A stretch of DNA of 51,131 nucleotides, counting the filler, from Bipalium vagum (lineage: Eukaryota), in the NCBI GenBank assembly GCA_037834085.1. It is 3 parts of 3 records of this genome, joined end to end, with 100 filler letters (N's around TTAATTAATTAA, not from the genome) between each part and the next. Parts side by side here need not be neighbours in the genome. Positions count along the whole stretch, not along the records: positions 15,780 to 34,597 come from JBBMKC010017983.1; positions 34,698 to 51,131 come from JBBMKC010111360.1; 1 more part is not named here. One strand, written 5' to 3'. Shown one piece after another: positions 25,634 through 38,115 of this stretch. A model generated the notes under the pieces. The model was not told where the DNA came from. It made no database searches and was given only the letters and a program-made list of their open reading frames with translations. The stretch's first letter is position 1. Each line of letters begins with the position of its first letter. The translations under genes and the position numbers were made by a program.

Positions 25634-25869
25634 ATTTATTACATAGATGGAAAACCTTTTGGTTGTCTGGAGCATGTAAAAAGACAGACAAATTAGCCAA
25701 CTCTAACCGAACGTTGGGGGTCAGGAACTTTATCAGCGCATTTATTTTATTATTAACTGGGCTTATCATGTCCGCAATTTTATTAATAATGGAACACCTT
25801 TTCTTTCGATATCTCAGACCCAAAATGAGCAACTTGGATCAATATGGATGCTGTGGACTTATCAGTTTA
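25634..25869 (+). CDS. GRIN2: NMDA receptor GluN2-type subunit, S2 end and M4 exon
   Basis: ttcag|(D)LLHRWKTFWLSGAC...LGVRNFISAFILLLTGLIMSAILLIMEHLFFRYLRPK...GCCGLISL|gtaagc. Confidence 0.94.
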
Positions 25870-27515
25870 GTAAGCACTCTATCATTGTTTTTATTTCCAT
25901 TAACCCTTGATAAATAAAACTGTTTTCATTGAATGATAACAATAATTTAATTACTTTATACTTTATTTTAAAATAGAACAATAGATTATTTTTATATAGG
26001 AAGTGCTTTGTCCAGAATTATATGAAATATCCTGCTCATCGTTAATTATAATATTTTAGTTAAACATCATGATAATGTTTAAATTTGAAATAAATATTGA
26101 TTATTTCTGTGTGTTTATTGGGTATTTATAATTTTAAAAATTCCTTAAGAATCATTTTTAAAATAAAACCCGAAGAGAAACTTTCAATACTTTTCATAAA
26201 CAAAAATAAAACAGTACTATTTTATATTATTTATTTATTTATTAATAAAAATATTATTGAGAAATTAACAAATCTTAATGTAAGACAGTATTTTTATGGA
26301 TCAATAAAATTTTATTTTAATATCAAATTTTCTATGTTACTAAAATGTAGACTTAGACTTTTTTATTTCACATTAAAACAACATTATTGAGAAAAGTGAA
26401 AAGAGATCATTTTTCAATAATCGTTTTCATTTTTTTCAAATAAAGTAAAAATATTTTGTGAATGTTCATTATTTGATTGGAGACTTTTATGGATGACTTT
26501 TTTTTATTATTTTATTTATTTACACCCGCACTTTACTCACTTTACTCACTTTATCAACTATTAATATTTCTCAAAATACGTTCAATGGTTTAACTGATAG
26601 TCCAAATGTGGATTAAATTCATTATACTCGTAAATATCTTTTACTACCCAATAGTTGAACACGGATATCCTAACTTCAGTCTTTAAGAAAGCGGTAAGAC
26701 TTTCCATCTTTGATCAAAACGTGTTTTCCAAAACTACTCTTTTCTAATTATCAGTAATAAGGGTAAGAAACACAAAAGATACGAGTTATATTTTCCCTTG
26801 ACTTTTCTTTTACTCTTATTTCTGAGAAAACTAATAACTTAGATAACCTTCGTTTCTAAATAGCATAAAAATCACAGAAAATATCTGACCTTAATCAAAA
26901 AAATGTAAAAATATAATAAATTTAGTAATAATGATAAATATAAAAAATTGTATTTTATTTTTAAAAATATAATATGTGAAGGTATTAAATTGTCAATTGA
27001 TACTTGCTAATTAATTTAGAAATTGCAATTATTATTTCTCTAAATGAAAATGACATTTAAATATACTCATTTTCAATAAGAACCCACCACTAATTTTGTT
27101 AATGATTTGCAACGAAATTATTGCATCTGTTATTAAATCAATCTAATTTAATCAGATATCGATATTTGTGTGTGTGTGTTGTGCATCATTTAAATAGTTA
27201 AGTAAATAATGCGTAGAGGATAAGAAATCAACGTATTACATTTAAAAATATGACTGGAATAAGAAAACTACATTTTATCCAACTATAAGACTCCGAAAGA
27301 AGTCGAATAGTAGGACATCTTGAAGGTGAAATAAATTTCAGAGAAATCACCAGACATTTATGAAGAAATCATTCCACTATTTTACAGTCATGGAATACTT
27401 AGTGAGAGGAAGGTTTGCATCATGGTCAAAGTGGTATTGGAAAAAATCTATGCACCAAAGAGCGTGAAAATAGAAACTTTCATCTTTTAGCTGTCAGAGA
27501 CAGATTTATGCCGAC

Positions 27516-27629
27516 TGTTAGTTGAAAAGTATTCGGAGATACCGGGATTCGAATCCGGGACCTTCACATGCGTATGAACTGCTATGACCGCTGAGCTACA
27601 TCCCCGACTACTTTTCAATTTATCTAACA
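27516..27629 (-). mobile_element. tRNA-Ala-derived miniature element with TGTTAG...CTAACA termini and 5-bp TSD (copy 1)
   Basis: CCGAC|TGTTAGTTGAAAAGTATTC...GACTACTTTTCAATTTATCTAACA|CCGAC with a tRNA-like core. Confidence 0.85.
27534..27605 (-). pseudogene. tRNA-Ala(CGC)-like sequence, probably not a functional tRNA
   Basis: GGGGATGTAGCTCAGCGG...TTCATACGCATGTGAAGGTCCCGGATTCGAATCCCGGTATCTCC: Ala-type acceptor stem, A-box and B-box-like motifs, irregular anticodon arm. Confidence 0.75.
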
Positions 27630-30292
27630 CCGACCACAAAGATTAAAAAAAATTGGAATCTGAATCTTTAAAAAAAATGTCTCTCAGCACAAAATTTCGA
27701 AGACTGATTAGTATTGATCTACTTTTATACTTTCCAAAGTGATGTCCACCATTCATATGACATCGTTAAACTGCAAAAGCTTAACTTTTTTTGAGAAAGG
27801 CATTGGAATGTCGAATTAATTTGCACCATATTTAGTGGTTAATCATAATTTTTGAACATATCATCTATTGTTAAATTGTCTAATTTATAATTAATAATAG
27901 TTAAGAAAGTAACTGCTTTGTGTTTTATTTTAAAATATCTGTCTTTTATTGTCATAAATTACGTTTTATGTTTATATATATTTATATTTTGTTTTAAAAA
28001 TTTGTTATCACAAATACCCGTTGCTTTAATTCTAAGTGATGACTACATGAGTCCTACTTATTTCACAAATATTGTGATTGTAGGTCGGATGTTTTGTCTG
28101 ATCCACTTTATCATCATTATATTATTATTTCCCATAAGAGGTTCTGTGATGAAGAAACCCTTTAAAATGACTATTCAGAATTGTAAGGCTGTATTTCAAT
28201 AAAAACTCAAATCGATCAATTATTACCTGCTTTGCAAAAATAATTATTTACAATGAATATTTTTTTGATTAATAACATTTTTAAAAATATTATTCCTTTT
28301 ATTTAAAGAAAACTTTTCTTACATAAATAAAACATGATAATAATAATATTTAATTTCTTACATCTAATAATATAAATATTTTCATTTATAATGACTTGGG
28401 ATTACATTTCATTTATCACTTTTCTTAGCTTATGAATATTAATTAATTTAATTTTTAACAGTTCAGCGCAGTTCTACCGTTTCTTATTTTTCTAAACATC
28501 ATTCATTTTGACAATGGGGTAAAAAATAATTGAAAATAATTATTAAAATATTTGTTATTTACATAAAATAGCATATTATTCAAAAATTTAGTTGTAATTT
28601 TACATAACTTAAGCCTATGGGTAATCTAACCTTTAAAAATGAGTAAAATGATTGGTTGAATGTTATTAAAATTTAAATATTTTCAAGAAATTTTGTAAAG
28701 TATTCTTTGAAGTTTTTAGTTTTGTTTAAGTGCAGTGAGATGAGGAAATGCATATTGAAAATCTTTTTTTGAAATAAAAAATATATATTGTACTTGATCT
28801 TCATCAAATTCAACTGATACCAATTGTTAAAGATAATTTACCAAAAACTAGCAAAAACTGGCTACTATTTTCGAGTATTCAAAAAATTGTGGAACTTTTC
28901 ATTTAAGTTGTAATAAATAAAGGTAAAAAAATCAGTTTTATTTTAGAAATTTGTGAAAAAATTACGATACATTTTTTAAAAAAAATATTTTTGATTTTTT
29001 AATTTTGTTAGATTAATGAAAATGATCATTAATTTCTATTAAAATAAAACGTTTATTTTCTCTATAAACTTCAGAAACAAAACCCATTGTCTGAACATGA
29101 GTAATTAATTATCTTAATATTTCGTAAAAATATTAACTAAGAAAACTCTTGAACTCAATTTGATCCGATCTGACAATACATTTTTGAAACAATATTAGTT
29201 GGATCGATATACGGTTAAAACTTAATGAATAAACAACTAACGAATCAATGAAAGAATAAGTTTACTGATCTATGAAAATCAAAAATCTCTTTTGAGTTCT
29301 TATTTTGTTAATTTTCACGGGAGTTCTCTCAGCGCAAACAACTGAGCTGAATAGTTAATGAATTCTCCTTCAAAATTCTCCCTTCATCTTTTGTCTTTCC
29401 ATTTTCCTCAGCCTCTCCTTTTCCATTAGTTACTGGTTATAAGAATGATGATAAAATATTTAATATTTTTATTCAATAATAATGATAGTGAAAGCAAAAT
29501 TTAAATATCATTCATCATTGAATTGTGAAAACAAAATTAATCAATGTTCAATAATAATAATTATATTAACAATAACCATAATAAATAAATAATAATAATA
29601 ATAATAATAAAGAAGTGATAAAAAAATAAAATTAAAAATTCTTAACTTTAAAATCAAAATAAAAAAAAATTTTTTCACAATACCTCATAATGAAATCCTC
29701 TAAAGAATGATCAAATCATTGAAAATAAAAATTCTATTCAATATTTTTTTCGTTGACCCAAACTCAAATAATAGTACAATTTGAATGACTGCAAAAATAA
29801 TATTATTATAATAAAAGAATCGGAGAAGGATAGATAAAAATCGACATATTGATAAACAAGCACATATATACATACAGAAATCTTGTTCAATAAATAATCG
29901 ACTTTCTTTGCTAAAATATGCAACGAATATTAAAATTACCTTTCTCACCACAAATACTAAAATAAGTAACAAAAATAAAAATTGTTAAATCTATAATTCT
30001 CATTTCCAATTTCTTTCGACACAAAAGTAAATGCATGAGATTATTATTATAAAAACATTCCATAAATTGTAATCATAGTAATAATTTTCTAAATGCACAG
30101 AAAATGTCTCACGTTTAGTAATAGGTCATGGCCCGCTTAAATCGTGACCAAGAAATACAATCACAATCATTAAACATGTCAACACACGCTACTATGAACT
30201 GCCGAGAATTTTCGTCATGCTAGGAAATTGTCTTATAGCTGTCTTCCTCTGATCAAATCCAAAGACCCACAAGAAATAAATTTTGACCAATA

Positions 30293-31888
30293 CAGTCAAA
30301 CCTGCAAATAGTGAACACTGTAATTAGTGAACTTAATGTTTATTGAACAAAACTTTTGAAATTAAAAAAACCCTTAGTAAACATAGATATCGTTCGTTAA
30401 ATACGAGAATTATGGACAATAAACGCATTTTTTATAAAAAAATGTTACATCTCTTAGCAATTTGTTTAAATATTACCATCATTAATGAAAAAAATCAATT
30501 TAAAAATGAATAAAAATATCCCTTTCCAACAAAAACCAAAATTGGCAGTCAAATTGAAAAATGAAAAAGACCCAGAGAATGTTGCCTTCGCAGTATGAAA
30601 TATCTGTTAACGTGGTAAACAAATTAATTAATTTTGGTGGAAATGCCTTTAATATAGGAAACATAAAAATAAAACTTGATGTATTTTTAACTAAAACTAT
30701 TGATCGTATTCTCATTAAATGGTTTGTTATTATGAAAAATTAAAAGAATATGCCGAAAACGATTTCTTCAATTGTGACAAGATTATTTTTAAGCAGACAT
30801 ACAAGTTCATATATTTGTTCTACTGGAAATAAGGCAAGTGGAAAATTTTCAAAAGAAAGATTTAAAGAAAAAATAAAACCACTACTTATTGGAAAGTCAG
30901 CAAATCCTAATTGCTTCAAAGGAATCAAAAAACAAAATATCCGTGTTTATTATAAAAATCAGAAAAGATGGATGACTTTAGGTATTTTCAATGAATGGTT
31001 TGCAAAATTTAATGCTGAGACGAAATCTAAACAAAGAAAAAATTTATTATTAAACAATGCAACTGTGCATCCTAAAGGTATTATGCTATTTAATGTTGAA
31101 ATTATTTTCTTACCACAAATTAAAGTTCTTTGATACAACCATTAGACAAAGGTATCATAAAGATATAAATTATATATAGATAGATATATATAAACAATAT
31201 TTATAAAAATTTGTATCATTTCAAGTGGATTGTAAACAGAAATTGATACAAGACGATTTGTTGAAAAATATCAATATTTACAGGGCTGTTATGTGGATCT
31301 CGAAATCTTGGGCGAACGTTTCTATTGATTGCATGAAAATTTTTTCAAGAAATCTTATTAAAATGCAATGATAACCTTAATTGGCGATATTAGAGTGAAG
31401 GTAGAAATCGAAGGAAAAATCATTTACTGGTTACAAAATATTATATTCAGTTTATAAATAGAATTCAATTATAATAATGACTGTTTCTGAAAACAGTAAT
31501 AGTGAAGAAAATAAGGAAATGTACATGAAATTATTAAGGTACTCATTATATTTGTATTAAACGTTTAGAGAAGTATTTTATACAAAATGTTAACCAGAGA
31601 AATTAATAGAATATGTGAAATAGAAAATATTATTTTAACAGAAAAGATAAAAAGACGGCCAGAAATAACAAATTCTCTGACAAAAAAATTGATATTTGAT
31701 TCGTTTATTGGTTTATTTTATGACGCACATCACATATACATCACATATATATTATTGTAAATAATAATATTGATTTGCATTTTTTTATTGGTTAAACATT
31801 AAACCAATAAATTTGTTTTATTCACTAAATGTCATTAATGAAAGAGGTTTTATAAAAATTCAAGTGTTCACTAATTACGAGTTTGAAA
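30293..31888 (+). mobile_element. Degenerate pogo/Tigger-like DNA transposon (DDE_1 transposase)
   Basis: TA|CAGTCAAACCTGCAAATAGTGAACAC ... GTGTTCACTAATTACGAGTTTGA inverted ends. ORF 30750-31133 has GKFSKER, KPLLIGKSANPNCFK, WMT..F.EW and FLP, followed by IQPLDKGII. Confidence 0.9.
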
Positions 31889-32661
31889 TATGAAGTTCAT
31901 TAGTTCAATCTAAAAAAATATTAAATGTTATTTGACATTTCATAATCATGCTTAGAAATAAAATCAATAATACCTCCAAAACATTGAGAATTCGGATTTG
32001 AAGTAGAATCTTAATATGACTAGTAATTATGTGCATCTTGTCATGATTCACTTGAAAGATGTCTTCAGAAACATTACATGCTGAAAATCTTTCAGTTAGT
32101 AATTATATTCTCAAAAATGTTTTAAAATTGTTATAAATATTTGGTATATTTAAGAATGTAGAGTTTCATGTTTGTTTCCATACAACGATAAATAGTCTGT
32201 TCTGAGGGCTCAGAGTCATAAAATTGAATTTACTTCAATTTTCAAGTGTAAGAAGACATTTCTCAGTATATTCTTCTCAAACATGATTGACATTAAGTCT
32301 TGATAGTATTTAATAAAAGCGATCCATAACATTAAATAACACTTGAGACTTGTTAAATAATTTCAATTAAAAATATGTTATAATTTGGATTAAGAATTAT
32401 TTGTGTATCAAATAAATTTTTTATTTATATGTAACGTTTTACCAAGAAAATTGGAAAAACTAGTCATGAACAAAAAGATTCATTAGTATTGACATTTTTA
32501 TGAATTCAAATGGCAAGCAGCCATAAATTATTACATGGAGGCCATCAAAATTTGAAGTCCTTTAGAGGGTTTCACCAATTATACTCATATACAGTTCAAT
32601 ATAAAAAGCATTTAAATGAACTTAAAAAAAAGATTTTGTTGATATCGCAGCTACTAATAAT

Positions 32662-32776
32662 TGTTAGTCCAAAATTAATCGGAGATACCGGGATTCGAAC
32701 CGGAGACTTTCACATGCGCATGGACTGCTCTGACTGCTGAGCTATATCCTCAGACTAATTTTCAATTTATCTCACA
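32662..32776 (-). mobile_element. tRNA-Ala-derived miniature element with TGTTAG...CTCACA termini and 5-bp TSD (copy 2)
   Basis: ATAAT|TGTTAGTCCAAAATTAATCGGAGATACCGGGATTCGAACC...GACTAATTTTCAATTTATCTCACA|ATAAT; colinear with copy 1. Confidence 0.85.
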
Positions 32777-34525
32777 ATAATAATAAATACAAACATACTT
32801 AACATTTTATAATTAATAAGTTAATCATTAACAATTACGGTTTTTAAATTTGTTCATTTTTATAATTGGTGTTAAAACAAGATTTAAAGACTCAGTTAAT
32901 AATCAGATGTTTATATAAACCGATTAAAATTAATTAAAATAATTAATTAATTTTATTTTGCAAATATAAATGAGAGATCTAACATAAAAATTCTAACATT
33001 GTCAGAATTAAAACAATTACGTGTAGAAATAATGGGGCTTTTTCAATTTGTAAAAATTTCGAAATAATTTTTAAATAAATATATTTATTTTAATAATTAA
33101 TTTAGTAAAAATAGTTTTATAAATTAAATTAATTGACTTGACCCAAAAAAAGACATTATCATGAATGCTGTTTCTTTGTAAGAAATGATTAGGAAAAAAT
33201 AATATAATAAAATTAAGATTACCTGAAGGAAAATCATTAGTAGTACTATAAAAATAATTTTATTTATATATATCTATTAATATAATAATTCAATATTATT
33301 AATATTTAATGATTTTATTTGCAAAGATTTTTGTATATGGATCTTTCAATTCTGATTTTGAATTACATGAATCTATGTTAGCAAAGTGTTGGAGTTTTAT
33401 TTATCAATGTCGTCCCTCTTGTTATGTATGGTTTATTACCTAGTCTTACTTTATTCAATGAAAAAGTAATAAGCTTTTTGAGGTCACTACCAAGCCCAAA
33501 ATTCAAATAATAGCCTGACACATTCTATTATCATGGGAACCAAACACAAATAGGTTTCGTGTTTTGGTTTTTATTCAAGTGTTTTCTACTTGCGTCAGGT
33601 GCTGCTACATTGCTTTCATCAATATATATGCTTAAGTACATAAAAATATCGCAGTGCGTCCTATTTGCTGACAAATAACGTAATTGAAAGTAAATAGACA
33701 AAATTTTAAATGGAATTTATTTACCAAATCATTTAATTACATAAACCCTTCTGTGTTTTTTTAAGATCATGTCCTAATAGCTTTCCTATGGACTTGTTCT
33801 GAACAGACTGAGATCTATGCCCAATTCTTGGAGTAAAATATGCTTACCTCCACAGGACTAAAATCAAAAATTATGCTTTAACTAAATAGAAGAAAGTAAA
33901 TAATACTTGAGCAAAAATGACAACGTAGTAAAAAGGTGTAACTGAAAAACTTTTCTTGTAAAATATCTCAAACAAATCTTGTGTTAAGTTTGATTAATTG
34001 ATTTTTGTTTGATTCTAAAACATTTAACCCCACAACGAAGTGTTAATGGAATGGGGGTAATTTTAAAGAATCTTGCTGGTATTAGTTTAATAATTTCGCA
34101 ATATTCTTCTTATAGTCGTTGGTATTATAATTTTATTTACCCATTATTAACATTATTCCAGGAAATAATTATTAAATCGAAATGAACCATTTTGGGTTTA
34201 TATACATTTTTAAATTATTAAGAAATAAAACTATCTAATGACAAAACATTTTATTAATTTGAACTTGTTACACTTATTATATTTTTATTATCTTTTTTAA
34301 TTAATTTTTTATAATTTCTCTTTATATTCAGTTTATAATCACGAGTCTGAATTATAATCGTTACAATAAATTCTAATATTCATCTAAGTGTCACTTTATT
34401 TTCACTTAAAACTATGACGAATTGAAATATTAAAAATAAAATACAAAAAAAATATTTTATATAATAAAGTAAAGTAGATTTAAATACACTTAGACAATAT
34501 GTAATTACTTATGTATTATGTATTA

Positions 34526-34527
<2 letters not shown>

Positions 34528-34597
<70 letters not shown>
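34528..34597. repeat. (ATT)n microsatellite at the contig end
   Basis: About 23 perfect ATT units running into the gap. Confidence 0.95.
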
Positions 34598-34697
34598 NNN
34601 NNNNNNNNNNNNNNNNNNNNNNNNNNNNNNNNNNNNNNNNNTTAATTAATTAANNNNNNNNNNNNNNNNNNNNNNNNNNNNNNNNNNNNNNNNNNNN
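34598..34697. other. Artificial contig-joining linker
   Basis: 44 N + TTAATTAATTAA + 44 N, identical to 15680-15779. Confidence 0.97.
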
Positions 34698-35240
34698 ATT
34701 AATTGTTTTTCGCACGCGGGCATGGATTATCATACCAAAATATATGACGAAAAATTAATTGAAAATGTGTCTATAGAGGATGAACTAATTAAATTTGAAA
34801 TATTTTCAAATAGAGATAAAGTTGATCAGTTTTTAGCATTGGATAAAGACGTCGCTGTAATGGATTCCGGGGAAGTTCCATGTGAAGAGGATGATGATGA
34901 AAATAAAGCTACAACATCAATGGACAGCTATTTAAAATATCCAGGTTACAAGTAAAGAAGCGATGACAAACTTGAGAGTTGTCTTAAGATTTTTGTTCAA
35001 CAAAGACTTTTACGGTTCTACCAATATAAAATCGACAATGTCACAGGTAGAAGAACTTTTGGAAAATGATATACTACAATCTCGGCCCATTCAGAAGACT
35101 TTACTCGACTATTTTCATAAATAAATAGTTTAAAATGTTAATTTTTTTTATTTTTTATTTTTTTTCGTTTACATCGAAGTATCGGTTACATCGAAGTATT
35201 TTGGAGTTCCCCACAACTTCGATGTCACCATTGTACACTG
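34698..35240 (+). mobile_element. 3' end of a pogo/Tigger-like element
   Basis: Acidic tail (ORF 34722-34955), terminal QKTLLDYFHK*, direct and inverted subterminal ACATCGAAGT repeats, and a CACTG|TA end. Confidence 0.7.
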
Positions 35241-35299
35241 TAATTATAATAATATTAAATATAATATAATTTCCATCTTCCAAACAAGATTTTCATACC

Positions 35300-35790
35300 G
35301 ACTATCCATTCGTGCACACTTCTTTTGTTTCATTCTGACTTAAATAATCACTCAGGTAGATCAAGAATTATTACTTACAAATTGCTCAAATAACTATTTT
35401 AAGGATCTAAAATAAATAGTTCAGAATTTATTATTTATTACATAGACTGAGTGATATCGAACTTCTTTTTGTATCCGAGCTTTTCCAAATGTTTAAATAC
35501 AGTTTGTTGAAAAATGCCTATTTATTCTGCTAATATATGACAATCTTTTTCGATTATTTTCTGAATTTTGACGTTCTTATATTCATTCTGCTATTCATCT
35601 TCCAGCATCTGTCACGTCGAAGTTGCCACCGCAAAAGCAACCAAACCAGTCACGGGCTGATCTCTCTGATTCAGTATTAGCTCCATTCACATCACATTTC
35701 TTTATGGCGACTTAGGTGGCATTTTTTTCTTTCAGGAAATAAAATTTAAGAATGTACCTAATTTCTTCTTTCAATTTTTTGCGACATTTA
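35300..35790 (-). mobile_element. Degenerate mariner, mellifera-like N-terminus
   Basis: KEEIRYILKFYFLKEKNAT*VAIKKCDVNGANTESERSARDWFGCFCGGNFDVTDAGR. Confidence 0.8.
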
Positions 35791-38115
35791 TTTAGTTTAT
35801 TTAAGCAATTTAAATTAATGAATGTTTTAGAATAATTAAAATTAGGTAATTGATTTTATATTAGAATTAATAATATTGTATTTGGAACTTAAAAATCGAT
35901 ATTAATTCAACTTAAAACAATCTATAACTATAAAACAATCTAACCATTTATATATAGTTAAAAATAAATGAAAAGAAACTAATTTCTTTTAATAAATACA
36001 TTCTGTAAGGGTGATGATAGTAAAAATTCATTTACGATATTTACTGTAAGATACAACCCAAAAAAGGAAGAAAGACTAGAATTTGTTGTCTACTAGAAAT
36101 GGATCTGGAATAAAAATATGACCCCAGTACAGAGGAATCAAGTAGTTTCGAAGAAAGTTTATGCAAGTCTCCTCTAAAAGAAAATATGGTAGAGGATTTA
36201 GAAAATTCTTTAATTATTTCAGAGATACGAATAATTTGAATACATGGTGTTTATGAAGTAAGTATCAGATTTATAGATTTAATACTGTAAAATATATTCA
36301 ACACAAGACTGCAAATTTTACTGACACAGTAACATTTGTCTACAAGTTGAAAGGTGCCTATTTATTTAGTACAGGGGCCCAAGGCCGCAATCTAACCGAA
36401 ATTTTTTTCTTAAATGAATAAATTTTGAATTAAAGATAATCGATAATTAATTTATGCATATATAAAAATATTTCTTCGTTTTAATATTTTTTTCTGTTAT
36501 CCTTCTATTTAGCAATGCCCAAAGTGAAATCCATTCGTTGCCTAAAGGGTGGTTTAATGTCATATCTGTAAATGGAAAATATTTTGTCTAAATGTTATTA
36601 AATAAAACTAAAACCTAAATAAAGAAATTTAAATTAACCGGAGTGTTTTTATTATTTTTTGATTTATTTAAACAATGATTTAAAAAATTATATAATACTT
36701 ATGCATACACCTAATATACACATCCTAAGCAGATTGGGAAAATTTTACTAATGCTGGATAATGTTGTCAAGAGAAAGTGTTGAAAAGGGCACGAACGTAA
36801 TAAGATTTTATCAACATAATATCAATTTTGTATTATCTTTTCATTCAAAATTGATTTTTTGCTATTTAAAACGAATTTTTTAATCACTTATTTCCTTTTT
36901 ATATAAATTATATATCTTTATTTGAATATATAATTATATTTCAGATCATCAAATAAGAGCAGGGAGAAAAAGGAGTTTCTTCATTTCAGTTAATTAAAAT
37001 ATTGGTCTGGTGTTTATTTAATTTTATGGTATGTACTAATTATGCAACCTATACTCAACCGAAGGATACAGATGAAATGATTAACATTATTATCATGGAA
37101 AAAATATCATTTTAATTTACATAAATTTATGTTTGTTTTAATAGTTAAAGACCTCGATATTATATTAATGAATAATTAAAATTAATATGACCCTGTTTTT
37201 TATAATTATTAGTACATTTTATTAATATATTTTGCCAAATGTTTCAGTGTGAAAATATCTCAGTTTAATATTTAATTAATGCTTTAAATTTTCCTCATTT
37301 TTTGTTTGACTAAGACTTTTTCCAACATTTTTCATTCTAAATTGATTTTTTCACTCATATACAGGAAAATAATGATCAGACATGATTATGCTGACAAATA
37401 AAAATATTAATCTCCTCAGTCTGTGTTATGGTTCTATAGTTCACTGTGTAAATAAAATGAAAGTATTATTTTTACACTTTCTAAATTTTTATATAACGAT
37501 ATCCAATATGAAAAGTATTTTATCCTTTTTCCTGACTTTTGGTTCCAAATAATAACTGAGACCCACTGTTCTCTAATCCTTCTTTTCTATGATGACCACT
37601 TACAGAAGAGTGAAAATATTCATAGAAACAACGGGATTCAAATAAACAACAAAATAAACAAAATAAAAATGTCAGAAATGTCAAAGACAGTTAAGGATTG
37701 TAAGGAACAATAGTTGAAGAATATCCGTTGAAGTGGAATCCGTTCATTATGCATTCTTTTACAATATTAAAGTTAATCCTAAAGATAAGTTTAAAATAAT
37801 CTGGAAATTGAGAGGTTGGTCAGAAAAGGATTAATATTTTACATGTGAAAACCGTTGGAATTGCTAAAGCGACAATATCATTTATTCTTGATTATATTTT
37901 GACAGCCCTAGCCCCTTCATGATTCATAAAATCAAGTGTTTCATGAAAATGTATGATCTATAATGATCTTTATCTTGATTTCACACTTTAATGAGAAAAT
38001 ATTAAAAGATCAAATTTCCAGTTAGATTGAATCTGAAGTTGATCTTAGAACAACTTACTCAATAAGAAGCATTAATAAAACCATTATGAAAATATCGATT
38101 GAATCAAAATAAATA

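Larger units (their letters stand above)
27250..27700 (+). mobile_element. N-terminal relic of a Tc1-like transposase, interrupted by the tRNA-derived element
   Basis: QL*DSERSRIVGHLEGEINFREITRHL*RNHSTILQSW...GIGK..TKERENR..LAVRDRF (paired-like HTH and GRPR-like linker). Confidence 0.7.

Noticed and set aside
23270-25832. Antisense and alternative-frame ORFs over GluN2 exons (23214, 23270, 25226, 25505, 25623)
   Set aside because: Shadow ORFs of real exons with no independent motifs.
27534-27605. Functional tRNA-Ala gene
   Set aside because: Irregular anticodon arm, mismatches in the D and T stems, and it sits inside a TSD-flanked insertion in a dead transposon.
26097-29972. Ile/Phe/Leu/Lys-rich ORFs (26097, 27918, 29700, 29738; likewise 2959, 7168, 20646)
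   Set aside because: Composition is what AT-rich non-coding DNA gives by chance; no domains recognised.
27516-32776. The two tRNA-derived repeats as paired LTRs of one 5.3-kb retroelement
   Set aside because: Each copy has its own TSD (CCGAC, ATAAT), the outer flanks do not match, and the interior has no gag-pol.
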